From contig CAIOXK010000020.1 of assembly GCA_903862255.1 (NCBI GenBank), forward strand, positions 1 through 43,194: a stretch of 43,194 bases of DNA. Direction: 5' to 3'. Below are positions 1 to 11,297 of this stretch, piece by piece. How positions within the stretch are numbered: position 1 is the stretch's first letter; the number at the start of each line of letters is the position of its first letter. This DNA comes from Candidatus Nomurabacteria bacterium. Lineage in GTDB: Bacteria; Patescibacteriota; Minisyncoccia; Phycocordibacterales; UBA9973. The position numbers were made by a program, and so were the translations under genes. The notes below the pieces were generated by a model. That model was not told the origin of the DNA. It saw only the letters and a list, made by a program, of their open reading frames with translations, and did not search any database.

Positions 1-188
1 GCATTGGTAATATTACAGCGCCCCCCACCACTAATTTTTAATTTCTCGCCAAGAAATTTATTTTTCTCAATAATGAGTACTCGTTTACCTAGTGCGGCCG
101 CCTTACCAGCTGCCATCATACCTGAAGCACCGCCACCAATTACGATAACGTCATAGAGTTCTGATGGATCTTTGGCTAGTTTCTGCAT
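1..188 (-). CDS. NAD(P)/FAD-dependent oxidoreductase, HI0933/YhiN-like flavoprotein (N-terminal fragment; gene runs off the window edge)
   Basis: Own reverse-strand translation from ATG at 186-188: [62 protein letters not shown]. It has a GxGxxG dinucleotide-binding loop followed by the SGGGRCN-TN signature of this family. Confidence 0.75.
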   Translation of the reverse strand, partial: MQKLAKDPSELYDVIVIGGGASGMMAAGKAAALGKRVLIIEKNKFLGEKLKISGGGRCNITN

Positions 189-194
189 AGCGTT

Positions 195-1664
195 TTACTT
201 ATCTAGATCGAGTGTTTCATCAATGCGGATTTGATGCACGAATTCATTTACGTGAGACACTAAAATCATTGCGCCAGTATAGGCACTCAATGCTTTGGCA
301 ATGATTGGTAGGTGACGGAAGTTGATGTGGTTTGTTGGTTCATCGAGAATCAAAAGCCCTGGCTCCATAAGAACAAGGTTGGCAAATGCCACCATACCTT
401 TTTGTCCTTCTGATAATGCACCAATACGGGTATTGATCACATCACTGGTAATTAAAAAGTTAGCAGCGACTGAACGAAGACGTTCTTCGTTTGGGCGAAT
501 TCCTGATGCTTCCATGGCTTTCTTGAGAGATTGGTACACTGTGTCGTTGAAATCGAGCGTAGAAAAGTCTTGGCGGTAATACCCTACACGCACACCTTTG
601 CCGATTGAGGATCCTTTGGCTGTACCATTAGCAATAGATTCAAGTAATGTAGATTTACCGATGCCGTTCGGACCTTTCAATAGTAGGTGTTGATTTTTAC
701 GAAGTACAATTGTTGCCTTACGCTCAGTAACTTTGTGATTCTTTAGTACAGTAAAGCCCGTAATAGTAATAATCTCGCCAATGAGGTCTTGTTGAAATGG
801 AATAACAAATGGGCGGATAGTCTTGTCTTCTTTACGAACATCAACAATGTCTTCTTCGAGCTCTTCAGCTTTCTCTCGCATACGCTTAGCAACGAGACGC
901 ATTTGACCGCCCTTATATGCAAACATGTTGGCCTTATCTTTCTTGGCTTGAATTTCTTTTGCTAACATTGCATTCTTCATATTTTCTTTTTCAATACGAA
1001 TAGCAATATCACGAACTACATCGGTATAATTGCCAGTATATTGTTCAACCTTGCGACTAAAAATGTCTAAGTACAACACTCCTTCTGTAAAAGCATTTAA
1101 GAAGTCAGCATCGTGAGAAATAACCAGTACTGTTTTCTTATAATCAACAAGGAATTTTGTCAGATGTTGAATACCTGCAGTATCAAGGTTATTTGTAGGC
1201 TCGTCTAAGAGTAATAGATCAGGGTCTTGAATTAGGGCAGATGCTAGAAGTAATCGCGCTTGTTGGCCACCAGAGAATGATTTAATAATACGATCATGGA
1301 CATTTTTCACGGGAAGATTTACCACTTCTAATACATTGTCGATACGGGGGTCGATATCGTATATTTTTTCTTTAAATTGTGATTCGAAATATTCGCGAAC
1401 AGTTAGATCCATTTGTTCACGAGGAATAACTTGCTTAGCGGTGGCAACTGTTGTACCTTTTACTACATTGATAACCCCGTCTTCTTGCTTATATACCCCT
1501 GTCAGCAAATTGAAAATAGTACTTTTACCAGCACCATTTTGCCCCATTAATGTTAGTTTTGCACCTTTGCGAATAGAAAAAGTAACCTCCTCGAGAATGG
1601 GTTTCGTGGCACTATATTCAAACGAAACGTCATCGAATCGTACTATTGTTTCTGCTTTAGACAT
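195..1664 (-). CDS. ABC-F family ATPase (two tandem ABC cassettes, no transmembrane domain)
   Basis: 489-aa ORF. Walker A appears twice (GQNGAGKST, GPNGIGKST), ABC signature twice (FSGGQQARL, LSEGQKGM) and Walker B twice (LLLLDEPTN, LLILDEPTN), with a charged linker between the cassettes. Confidence 0.9.
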   Translation of the reverse strand: MSKAETIVRFDDVSFEYSATKPILEEVTFSIRKGAKLTLMGQNGAGKSTIFNLLTGVYKQEDGVINVVKGTTVATAKQVIPREQMDLTVREYFESQFKEKIYDIDPRIDNVLEVVNLPVKNVHDRIIKSFSGGQQARLLLASALIQDPDLLLLDEPTNNLDTAGIQHLTKFLVDYKKTVLVISHDADFLNAFTEGVLYLDIFSRKVEQYTGNYTDVVRDIAIRIEKENMKNAMLAKEIQAKKDKANMFAYKGGQMRLVAKRMREKAEELEEDIVDVRKEDKTIRPFVIPFQQDLIGEIITITGFTVLKNHKVTERKATIVLRKNQHLLLKGPNGIGKSTLLESIANGTAKGSSIGKGVRVGYYRQDFSTLDFNDTVYQSLKKAMEASGIRPNEERLRSVAANFLITSDVINTRIGALSEGQKGMVAFANLVLMEPGLLILDEPTNHINFRHLPIIAKALSAYTGAMILVSHVNEFVHQIRIDETLDLDK

Positions 1665-1681
1665 TAGAAATGAAAGGTAAT

Positions 1682-1713
1682 ATGTTATAATTAATCGTCA
1701 TAAATTATAACAT
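1682..1713. promoter_or_regulatory. Perfect 11-bp inverted repeat (ATGTTATAATT-N10-AATTATAACAT) in the divergent ABC-F / flippase-like intergenic region; each arm carries a -10-like hexamer on both strands
   Basis: Read directly. The arms at 1682-1692 and 1703-1713 are exact reverse complements. TATAAT lies at 1686-1691 on the plus strand and at 1704-1709 on the minus strand. Confidence 0.55.
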
Positions 1714-1735
1714 TAAGTTTGTGTTTTGACTAGTC

Positions 1736-2779
1736 ATGTCACCAGCTATCACAAGTGCTTCAAAGAAATTATTTTCGTGGTCAAACATATTCTTCTTTGC
1801 TCTTTGCTGCGCCGTGTTATATATCATTGTGCGCAACTTACCTGAATTACGAACAATTGATCAATTATTTAAACAAATTGATGCTTGGTGGATTAGTGTA
1901 GCTTTTGCTAGTCAGATAATTACTTATATTGCAACAGCTTTTTTGTACTTAGTTTTGCTGAATGGTTTTAATAATAAGTCACAGATAAAAACATGGCGCT
2001 TAGTAAACATGTCTATAGTAATAGTTTTCATTAATCAAATTGTGCCGAGTGGCGGCATTGGCGGTAACGGTTTTCTTTTTAATGAATTATCAAAAAACGG
2101 TATCTCTTCAAAAAAGACATTTTTTACCATCATTATGGAATGTCTATCTCTATATATATCAATGATTCTGCTTTTGATTTGCTTACCGCTCCTTTATCTT
2201 CTTCATCATAGCGGGTTACCCCATCTTTTTTTGATTGCTATTATTTATGGTTTTGTTTTTTATATTGTACTTGCAGTAGCGATGACAATTTTTAGTAAGA
2301 AAGAAATTTTACAATATGTTATTAAAAAACTCTCACGGTTTCATTTCATGAGTCATTATTTCGAACATGTGACATTTTCTCCACAAGGCATGTTTACTGA
2401 ATATAATGTGACCGGCGCATGGCAAATGTTTGTTGCGTACCCGAAACAAATGCTTTCTGTGGTTGGGGGCCATCTCGCAGTATTTCTCGCCGATGGCCTT
2501 ACAATTTTTGCGTTAGTAAAAGGACTTGAACTCCATGTTTCAATTATTGTTATTTTATTGGGATTATTGCTATCAAATATTATCGCTGCCCTACCAATCT
2601 CTCCAGGGTCACTGCTTGTATATGAAGGAGCTATGACATTTTTTTACTCTGCCATGGGGGTACCGTTTCAAGCTGCCTTGGTTATTACATTAATGTATCG
2701 AGTGTTGTCATTTTGGTTACCAGTTATCATCGGTTTGCTAATCTACAGATCAGTACAAACCAAAAAAATAGAGCAGTAG
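1736..2779 (+). CDS. Flippase-like / lysylphosphatidylglycerol-synthase TM-region family (UPF0104) integral membrane protein
   Basis: 347-aa polytopic membrane ORF. Two Gly-rich re-entrant-like motifs (VPSGGIGGNGF and LPISPGSLLVYEG) resemble the P-x-GG-G-x-E motifs of this family. Confidence 0.6.
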   Translation: MSPAITSASKKLFSWSNIFFFALCCAVLYIIVRNLPELRTIDQLFKQIDAWWISVAFASQIITYIATAFLYLVLLNGFNNKSQIKTWRLVNMSIVIVFINQIVPSGGIGGNGFLFNELSKNGISSKKTFFTIIMECLSLYISMILLLICLPLLYLLHHSGLPHLFLIAIIYGFVFYIVLAVAMTIFSKKEILQYVIKKLSRFHFMSHYFEHVTFSPQGMFTEYNVTGAWQMFVAYPKQMLSVVGGHLAVFLADGLTIFALVKGLELHVSIIVILLGLLLSNIIAALPISPGSLLVYEGAMTFFYSAMGVPFQAALVITLMYRVLSFWLPVIIGLLIYRSVQTKKIEQ

Positions 2780-3343
2780 TTAATACTTTCGCATTACTCC
2801 ACGTACAATCGCAACAATACTTAGTTCATAGTCAGGATAAATAGGTTTATATTTTTTATTTGCTGGCTCAAGCCACTGTTTACCTGCTTTGCCGCGAAGG
2901 TATTTCATAGTAAATTCACCATCAACTTGTGCAATAACAATATCACCATCCTTCGCCGTACTTGCACGTTCTGCAATAACAATATCACCATCAGCAATGT
3001 GAGCTTCGATCATGGAATCGCCCGTTACTTCAAAAAGATACGTTAATGCTTTTTTGGGCATCAAGTAATTTTCAATATTTAGTGTATCTGTTAATAGTTC
3101 TCCTGGTGCCGGCAGTCCCGCTGTCACAAAACCAAGCATAGGCACGTCATTAAAGCTATCTGAAGGAATTAGTTTGCCAAGCTTATCTTTCGTTACAATG
3201 CCTGCAGCAATAAGTTTGGAGACTACCCGAGCAACTGCGTTTTTTGACTTGAAACCAAAAAGTTTCATCATTTCTGTATATGTTGGCATTCGGCGTTGCG
3301 ATTGATGAAATTTTAGTATTTTTTCTTTGTAATCGGTTTCCAT
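2780..3343 (-). CDS. lexA: LexA repressor (S24 self-cleaving transcriptional repressor)
   Basis: 187 aa with an N-terminal winged-helix region. A VTAG-L cleavage-site-like Ala-Gly is present, along with the GDSM serine nucleophile and the FTMKYL lysine. A GAAC-N4-GTTC box lies upstream at 3804-3815. Confidence 0.92.
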   Translation of the reverse strand: METDYKEKILKFHQSQRRMPTYTEMMKLFGFKSKNAVARVVSKLIAAGIVTKDKLGKLIPSDSFNDVPMLGFVTAGLPAPGELLTDTLNIENYLMPKKALTYLFEVTGDSMIEAHIADGDIVIAERASTAKDGDIVIAQVDGEFTMKYLRGKAGKQWLEPANKKYKPIYPDYELSIVAIVRGVMRKY

Positions 3344-3372
3344 AAAAAGTTATTTATATAGCAGGTTTTGGC

Positions 3373-3549
3373 TTAGAAGCTAATACGCAGACTGTTACGA
3401 AATAATTGTAACAGAAAATTACTTTGTTTTATAGGTTTGATTTGCGCACAGGCGATTAGTGAATGATTGCCTTGTATGTAGTCATTACTGAGTCGTTCGA
3501 GACGATTGATTTCATTTTTGAGAGCGAGCTGGAATGGAGTGTTTTTCAT
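3373..3549 (-). CDS. Possible small ORF (58 aa from internal ATG 3547-3549) between the SOS promoter and lexA
   Basis: The ORF track gives 3373-3588. MKNTPFQLALKNEINRLERL... begins 10 nt after the stop of the 61-aa ORF. No Shine-Dalgarno sequence and no recognisable domain, and it overlaps a 7-bp inverted repeat at 3392-3414. Confidence 0.25.
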   Translation of the reverse strand: MKNTPFQLALKNEINRLERLSNDYIQGNHSLIACAQIKPIKQSNFLLQLFRNSLRISF

Positions 3550-3559
3550 GTAGATAAAA

Positions 3560-3745
3560 TTATGCAAATAATGGGAAAACTCGACCAAGAAAGCCTCTTT
3601 TTTGCTCTCTTATTTTGCGAAGTAGCATACGGTGCTTACGTGATTCTTCCGTATATTGTTGACCTTTAAGAATCTTCGTATCGATGTGGCGATTCAAGGC
3701 ACTGATCTGCTTTTCTAGTACTGCGATGTATTGGTGTTGTGACAT
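3560..3745 (-). CDS. Small basic coiled-coil-like protein (61 aa), first ORF downstream of the SOS promoter
   Basis: ATG-initiated ORF about 50 nt downstream of the LexA-box promoter and co-directional with lexA. No domain recognised. Confidence 0.4.
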   Translation of the reverse strand: MSQHQYIAVLEKQISALNRHIDTKILKGQQYTEESRKHRMLLRKIREQKRGFLGRVFPLFA

Positions 3746-3794
3746 ATCATTAAACTTTTTTACTTAAAATAATTACTCCTTCTATTACTCTTTT

Positions 3795-3823
3795 AGTATA
3801 AGTGAACAATCGTTCACATGCAA
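3795..3823 (-). promoter_or_regulatory. SOS promoter: -35 TTGCAT, 17-bp spacer, -10 TATACT, with a LexA (Cheo-type) box GTGAAC-N4-GTTCAC filling the spacer
   Basis: The minus strand reads TTGCAT GTGAACGATTGTTCACT TATACT. The box core GAACAATCGTTC is at 3804-3815 and the perfect 6-bp arms span 3802-3817. This matches the Gram-positive LexA consensus GAAC-N4-GTTC. Confidence 0.8.
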
Positions 3824-3878
3824 GTAGTATGGTAAAAAAAGTTGTGGATAAGTCTAAAACGTAAAATCCTACAGCCAG

Positions 3879-4520
3879 TTAAAAGTGTAGGATTGTTTCT
3901 AGAAGATGTTCTTTTGTTAAAATTGTGCCTTCGCATATTTTACTGTTACTGACGGAATTAATGTACGCACGCCAATGATACATATCTGTGGGGGATAATA
4001 ATCCAGCAATAGTTAATTCCCCACTACTTGTAATAAAAGGAAATAAATTGTATTCCCCACGATAAATAATGGGCTCTGCGACAGATTGAGTATTGTGTCT
4101 TTTAGCTAACGCCGCGATCTGTGCATAAGTGAATGCTGAGCTTCGCAATATCTCTGCTCCACCAAATTCTTCGAACAATTCATCAGTACGCAAAGGTATT
4201 GCCAGCTTGGTAGCATGTATGTGCACAGCAGGTGTTGCTGGTACGATCTCTGGAATCACATTGTCAAAATGATCTTTCCATGCGGACTTAATTAATTTTT
4301 TGCCCCATAGTTCTTTACGAGTAGCCTCGCCGATTGCAGGTAATAAATAAGGGGCGCGAATCACTGGCTGCAACAAGTCAAAATCCTCGATCTTAAGTAT
4401 TTTGGCTAAATCAGCAGATTTGCGAGCCCAATACAAAACAGATTTCGGTGACATTTTGCGCGACGCTTCCATCATTACTGTAACAAAATCAAAGGTGATG
4501 TTATCTAATGTACTTTTCAT
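3879..4520 (-). CDS. Hypothetical protein (213 aa, no recognisable domain, no TM segment)
   Basis: Long ATG-initiated ORF in the same orientation as its neighbours. No motif recognised by eye. Confidence 0.6.
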   Translation of the reverse strand: MKSTLDNITFDFVTVMMEASRKMSPKSVLYWARKSADLAKILKIEDFDLLQPVIRAPYLLPAIGEATRKELWGKKLIKSAWKDHFDNVIPEIVPATPAVHIHATKLAIPLRTDELFEEFGGAEILRSSAFTYAQIAALAKRHNTQSVAEPIIYRGEYNLFPFITSSGELTIAGLLSPTDMYHWRAYINSVSNSKICEGTILTKEHLLETILHF

Positions 4521-4567
4521 TTCTTCGGTTTTACGTTTTGACTACTCTACTTATATTGAGGCTAATG

Positions 4568-5191
4568 TCAATTAAAAAACCCCTCTTCTTTTTTAAGTTT
4601 CTTAATCATTCTTTTCCAGAACAATAGCCCAGACCCGATAAGAATAATAAAAACAATAATTGAAAAATTGCCAATCAGCTTATTTACAGCTTCCCAACTA
4701 TCTCCAAATACATATCCAAGCGTACCGTAGAATGCCACATAGCCTACTGAGCCAAGTATTTCAAATAGTAAGTACTTCCTGTATGGTACTTCACTGATTG
4801 CACATAGTGCATTAACGGATAATGTCGCAATTGCTTCGAATCGACTAATGAAAACAACAAAGCCAGGTTGTTGCTGCATCTTCTTCTGAATTAAAAGAGA
4901 GTTTTCAGAATTCATTATCTTGCGAGTAAAAGCGAATCGATCAAATACTCTTCTTCCGTAGATTCGAATTACCCAATAACAAATATTATCGCCGATAATT
5001 GATGCTACTATTGCGACCAATAAGATAATAAAAAAGTTAAAGTAGCCTTGGCTGGCGAAAGCCGAAGATGCAATCAATAATGTACCTGCCGGGATCGGTA
5101 TGGCAAGCGATGATAAAAAAGTTAGTACAAACAATGCCCAATACTTATATATCAATATATATGGCAAAATTGTTTGTGCTATAAAATCCAT
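4568..5191 (-). CDS. DedA / VTT-domain family membrane protein
   Basis: 207 aa and polytopic. The stretch LLIASSAFASQGYFNFFIILLVAIVASIIGDNICYWVIRIYGRRV resembles the DedA core (G-D-x-x-x-Y-x-x-G-R). Confidence 0.8.
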   Translation of the reverse strand: MDFIAQTILPYILIYKYWALFVLTFLSSLAIPIPAGTLLIASSAFASQGYFNFFIILLVAIVASIIGDNICYWVIRIYGRRVFDRFAFTRKIMNSENSLLIQKKMQQQPGFVVFISRFEAIATLSVNALCAISEVPYRKYLLFEILGSVGYVAFYGTLGYVFGDSWEAVNKLIGNFSIIVFIILIGSGLLFWKRMIKKLKKEEGFFN

Positions 5192-5196
5192 AACCT

Positions 5197-5658
5197 TTAT
5201 TGATTTTGATACGTACTAACGTAATGCTGAACTGTATCTAGTAATAATTTTTGATTAATATTGCTTTCTTTTGCATAAGTATCAATACGCACGTTTGGGT
5301 ACTTCGGGTCGTTTATTCCGAGAATGTCTTTTATATAATTTGTCGGCAATTTATACACTACATTCACATAGTCAAAAGTCATCCATGCCTGAATCGTACT
5401 TACTGGTAAATGAGTATTTGTTAGCGTAATACCACCTGAAGTCGCCTGCGATGATCCAGCTAAGTCAGTCAATAGCACTCGCTTATTGGTACGGTGAATT
5501 TCTGGTCGATGAAGTTCTCCCTCAATAAAAGATTGCTCAAATGAATAAATAAAGTATTTGATTGCTACTGTTAGGCTTACCAATAAAAATATCAACACAA
5601 TTGTCACCCAATGAACCTTCAAAAATGCTGTAACTTTTTTCATAGCAATACTATACAC
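5197..5658 (-). CDS. Membrane-anchored hypothetical protein (153 aa, single N-terminal TM)
   Basis: The ORF overlaps the gpmI stop by 8 nt and sits 5 nt upstream of dedA, which suggests an operon. A hydrophobic N-terminal helix (VTIVLIFLLVSLTVAI) is present. Confidence 0.6.
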   Translation of the reverse strand: MYSIAMKKVTAFLKVHWVTIVLIFLLVSLTVAIKYFIYSFEQSFIEGELHRPEIHRTNKRVLLTDLAGSSQATSGGITLTNTHLPVSTIQAWMTFDYVNVVYKLPTNYIKDILGINDPKYPNVRIDTYAKESNINQKLLLDTVQHYVSTYQNQ

Positions 5659-7159
5659 TAAAAAGTTTTTTTCCAGTCATCCCCTCAGGCTGTTCGATTT
5701 CTAATAGTCCAAGCACTGTTGGTGCGAGCCATGTTAGGTCTCCGCCATTTGTCAGTAGTAAATCTTTATTAGTAATAATACAAGGCACTTTATTAAGTGT
5801 ATGTGCTGTATGTGCAACATTTGCCTCGCGGTCAAAATTTACTTCCGCATTGCCATGATCAGCTGTAATAATTGCAGTACCGCCATTGGCAGTCAGTGCC
5901 TCGATAACACGCCCTAGCTGTGTATCTGTTTCCTCGAGAGCTTCAATAATTGCAGGAACATTGGCTGTATGGCCAACCATATCAGGATTAGCAAAGTTTA
6001 TGAAAATGAAATTCACATCATCGTGAATACGCGTAATAACTTCATCGGCGATACTTTCAGCGCGCATTTTCGGAGCAAGATCGTGTGTGGGCACATCTTT
6101 GCGACTATCAAGTAATACAAACTCTTCACGATCATGTGGTTCTTCAACGCCACCATTCAAAAAGTATGTTGCATGTGGAAATTTTTCTGTTTCAGCAACG
6201 TGAGCTTGCTTCATACCAGCCTGTGATACTTCTTGTGCCAGTGTAGTCTGTAGCGCTTCTGGTGGAAATGCTACGGCTACATCGTACTTACTGCTGTATT
6301 CAGTCATTGTTACAATGAAAAGATTTTTTTCTTCTTTGTGTTTCAATAATGTTTCAGTCAACATACGTGCGCGGTCAGAACGGAAGTTAAAAAAGAATAC
6401 GCCATCATTCTTTTGGATCGGATATGCAGTACCATCAGCGTCTGTAATCACTACCGGTTCCATGCGTTCGTCATAGATACCTTTTTCATGAAGACTTTCC
6501 ATAATTTCTGAAGGCTTCAAATGATGCTTTGTTCCAGAGCCTTCGAAGAGTGCTGCTTCTGCATGTGCCAAGCGATCCCAGTTTTGATCACGATCCATGG
6601 CGTAAAAACGGCCAGACATAGTTGCAATACGTCCTACACCAATTGTTTCGAGTTCATGTTCGAGAGTTTTAAGAAATCCTGCAGCAGACTGAGGTGCAGT
6701 ATCGCGACCATCAGTAAATACATGTAGGAATACCTTTGTCAGGCCTTGTTTTTTGCATGCATGTAAAAAAGCTACCAGGTGATCATGGTGAGCATGAACA
6801 CCGCCTGTACCCAGCAAGCCTAATACATGAATTGCACTATCATGCTCTCGTACATGAGCAAAGAGTTCACCGAATGCAGTTCGCTCTGAATAAGTATCTT
6901 CGCGGATAGTTTTGCCGATACGAACAAGGTCTGTATCCAAACTACGGCCGGCACCGATAGTCATATGCCCTATCTCGCTGTTGCCTACCTGGCCTTCTGG
7001 AAGCCCTACAGCCTCACCACTAGCCTCAAGTAATGTATGTGGATATTCTGCCCAATACTTATCAAAATTAGGGGTTTTTGCAGCAGCTACAGCATTATCT
7101 GCAGCCTCTTCTCTGTATCCCCACCCGTCCAAAACGATCAATGCAACTTGTTTTTTCAT
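5651..7159 (-). CDS. gpmI: 2,3-bisphosphoglycerate-independent phosphoglycerate mutase
   Basis: 502 aa with the motifs LIVLDGWG, GNSEIGHMTIGAGR and ITADHGNAE typical of iPGM. Confidence 0.95.
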   Translation of the reverse strand: MKKQVALIVLDGWGYREEAADNAVAAAKTPNFDKYWAEYPHTLLEASGEAVGLPEGQVGNSEIGHMTIGAGRSLDTDLVRIGKTIREDTYSERTAFGELFAHVREHDSAIHVLGLLGTGGVHAHHDHLVAFLHACKKQGLTKVFLHVFTDGRDTAPQSAAGFLKTLEHELETIGVGRIATMSGRFYAMDRDQNWDRLAHAEAALFEGSGTKHHLKPSEIMESLHEKGIYDERMEPVVITDADGTAYPIQKNDGVFFFNFRSDRARMLTETLLKHKEEKNLFIVTMTEYSSKYDVAVAFPPEALQTTLAQEVSQAGMKQAHVAETEKFPHATYFLNGGVEEPHDREEFVLLDSRKDVPTHDLAPKMRAESIADEVITRIHDDVNFIFINFANPDMVGHTANVPAIIEALEETDTQLGRVIEALTANGGTAIITADHGNAEVNFDREANVAHTAHTLNKVPCIITNKDLLLTNGGDLTWLAPTVLGLLEIEQPEGMTGKKLFSV

Positions 7160-7167
7160 AGAAGTCT

Positions 7168-7173
7168 ATTATA
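7168..7173 (-). promoter_or_regulatory. -10 box TATAAT located 8 nt upstream of the gpmI ATG (leaderless-type promoter)
   Basis: The minus strand reads TATAAT AGACTTCT ATG, immediately downstream of the eno terminator. No Shine-Dalgarno sequence. Confidence 0.55.
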
Positions 7174-7176
7174 GCT

Positions 7177-7211
7177 AAAAACCGCCTGAGTTTAAAGTTC
7201 GGGCGGTTTTT
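7177..7211 (-). terminator. Rho-independent terminator after eno (bidirectional hairpin)
   Basis: AAAAACCGCC ... GGCGGTTTTT: a GC-rich stem flanked by an A-run and a T-run. Confidence 0.8.
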
Positions 7212-7228
7212 ATGTTAAATAGTTTTAG

Positions 7229-8515
7229 CTATTTCTGAAATGGATTCATGAAAACAGCCTTCTTGCCCATATCTTCTTCAATGCGGAGCAATTCGTTGTA
7301 TTTTGCAACACGGTCAGTACGTGATAATGAGCCTGTTTTGATTTGACCAGTTCCAAGACCAACAGCAAGGTGTGCAATAGTTACATCTTCTGTTTCTCCT
7401 GAACGGTGAGACATGATAGATGTGTACCCAGCCTTTGTGGCCATTTCAACAGCAGCAACTGTTTCTGTAATAGTTCCGATCTGGTTTACCTTAATCAAGA
7501 TACTGTTTCCAGCACCCATTTCAATTCCTTTTGCAAGGCGTTCTGTATTTGTTACAAAAAGATCATCACCAACAAGTTGAACTTTTGCGCCAAACTTCTT
7601 AGTCATTTTTACGTATCCTTCCCAATCATCTTCTGCAAGACCATCCTCAATTGAAACGATATTGTACTTTTTTAACCAATCACCATAGTAACTAATCATC
7701 TGATCAGTTGTTAGCTTAAGTCCATCACGCTCTAGAACGTAGAGTTGATCATGAAATAATTCAGTTGCAGCAACATCCAATGCAAAGCCAAAGTCTTTGC
7801 CAACTTTGTACCCAGCATTCTTTATTGCTTCTGATACAAGTACAAGCGCCTCTTCATTAGTTTTTACCTGAACAGCGAAACCGCCTTCATCGCCAACAGT
7901 TGTTGTAAATCCTTTGCCTGACAATACTTTCTTAAGTGCATGAAATACTTCAGCGCCCATACGTAGTGCCTCTGTAAATGTAGGAGCACTTAATGGCATG
8001 ATCATGAATTCTTGCATGTCAGTGGACATGGTTGCATGCTGGCCACCGTTTAGCACGTTCATCATTGGCATTGGCAATTTCATTTTTGTTTTCTTCTTTG
8101 TGAGAGTGTTGAAATATTCATACAATGCGAGGCCTTCACATTCTGCTGCAGCATGTGCGAATGCCATAGATACAGCCAAGATCGCGTTTGCACCAAGATT
8201 AGATTTTGTATCAGTACCATCAAGAGCAATCAATGCCATATCGAGTGATTCTTGATCGAAAGACTTTTTGATTATCTTCTTCTTGATAAGAGTGTTTACG
8301 TTTTCAACTGCTTTTAAAACACCTTTTCCGAGGTATCGTTTCTTGTCGCCATCACGAAGTTCTAGTGCTTCGTGGCTACCTGTTGATGCGCCAGATGGCA
8401 CAGCAGCACGTCCAAGTGAGCCGTTTTCTAATTCGATATCTACTTCCACAGTAGGGTTACCGCGTGAGTCCAATATTTCGCGTGCATGTACGTAAGAAAT
8501 TGTATGTGTCTTCAT
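7229..8515 (-). CDS. eno: Enolase (phosphopyruvate hydratase)
   Basis: The motifs [15 protein letters not shown] and SHRSGETED are present. I place the start at ATG 8513-8515 ([10 protein letters not shown]...). The track start at 8533 is a TTG extension that runs through the -10 box. Confidence 0.95.
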   Translation of the reverse strand: MKTHTISYVHAREILDSRGNPTVEVDIELENGSLGRAAVPSGASTGSHEALELRDGDKKRYLGKGVLKAVENVNTLIKKKIIKKSFDQESLDMALIALDGTDTKSNLGANAILAVSMAFAHAAAECEGLALYEYFNTLTKKKTKMKLPMPMMNVLNGGQHATMSTDMQEFMIMPLSAPTFTEALRMGAEVFHALKKVLSGKGFTTTVGDEGGFAVQVKTNEEALVLVSEAIKNAGYKVGKDFGFALDVAATELFHDQLYVLERDGLKLTTDQMISYYGDWLKKYNIVSIEDGLAEDDWEGYVKMTKKFGAKVQLVGDDLFVTNTERLAKGIEMGAGNSILIKVNQIGTITETVAAVEMATKAGYTSIMSHRSGETEDVTIAHLAVGLGTGQIKTGSLSRTDRVAKYNELLRIEEDMGKKAVFMNPFQK

Positions 8516-8523
8516 ATGGCTCC

Positions 8524-8529
8524 AGTATA
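8524..8529 (-). promoter_or_regulatory. -10 box TATACT located 8 nt upstream of the eno ATG (leaderless-type promoter)
   Basis: The minus strand reads TATACT GGAGCCAT ATG. Confidence 0.5.
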
Positions 8530-8589
8530 GCAAACTATAAAAAGTACGGTACTTGTCGGCATACCTATTTTCATGTCGATATGTTGTTG

Positions 8590-9024
8590 TTATTTTCTAT
8601 AATTTCTTGTTTTCCACTTATTGCCAAGCTTAGCTACAAGCATTTCTTTTTCCAAAGATGACTCGAAATGTTCGAAATCTACATCTTCTTCATGTTCTTT
8701 TTGATGACGTAAATCAATTGCACGCTGTTCTGCGGCTGCAATTATTTCTGCACTAGTGATTGTATCAATATGTTGAGCGGTATCTGCCATCACTGTTACT
8801 GTCATACCGTCAATACGTGCGAAACCTTCCATCACTAGAAAAGGAATATGTTCACCATTTTTTGTGGCAACAATATCACCTTTGCCGATCAAGGTGATCA
8901 AAGGCACATGTTCCGGCAAAATAGTAATTTCACCTTCTGAAGTTGGAAGCGATACTTGGTCTACTTCTTCTTCATGAATGATTGCATCGGGCGTAATTAT
9001 TTTTAGTAATAGTGTGTGAGCCAT
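8590..9024 (-). CDS. atpC: F1 ATP synthase epsilon subunit
   Basis: 144 aa, last gene of the atp operon, with a beta-sandwich-like N-terminus and a helical C-terminus. Position directly after atpD supports the call. Confidence 0.85.
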   Translation of the reverse strand: MAHTLLLKIITPDAIIHEEEVDQVSLPTSEGEITILPEHVPLITLIGKGDIVATKNGEHIPFLVMEGFARIDGMTVTVMADTAQHIDTITSAEIIAAAEQRAIDLRHQKEHEEDVDFEHFESSLEKEMLVAKLGNKWKTRNYRK

Positions 9025-9039
9025 AAATTATTCTCAGAC

Positions 9040-11285
<2,246 letters not shown>

Positions 11286-11297
11286 ATAGGTGTTTAT

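Noticed and set aside
3463-3669. Plus-strand 68-aa ORF in the lexA upstream region.
   Set aside because: It is antisense to the SOS-driven transcript, has no promoter or terminator of its own, and has a composition typical of a shadow frame.
3843-3851. Perfect DnaA box (TGTGGATAA, equivalent to TTATCCACA) near the SOS promoter, raising the idea of an origin.
   Set aside because: It is a single copy. A given 9-mer is expected by chance with appreciable probability in 2 x 43 kb. There is no cluster, no adjacent AT-rich unwinding element, and no dnaA or dnaN nearby.
8516-8533. N-terminal extensions in the ORF track: eno to 8533 (TTG), uppP from 16130, murG to 36568, YihY from 30873, beta-rich ORF from 36553 (TTG).
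   Set aside because: The extensions are not part of the conserved protein N-termini. They run through the -10 boxes that sit 6-10 nt upstream of the family-typical ATG, so the internal ATG starts were adopted.
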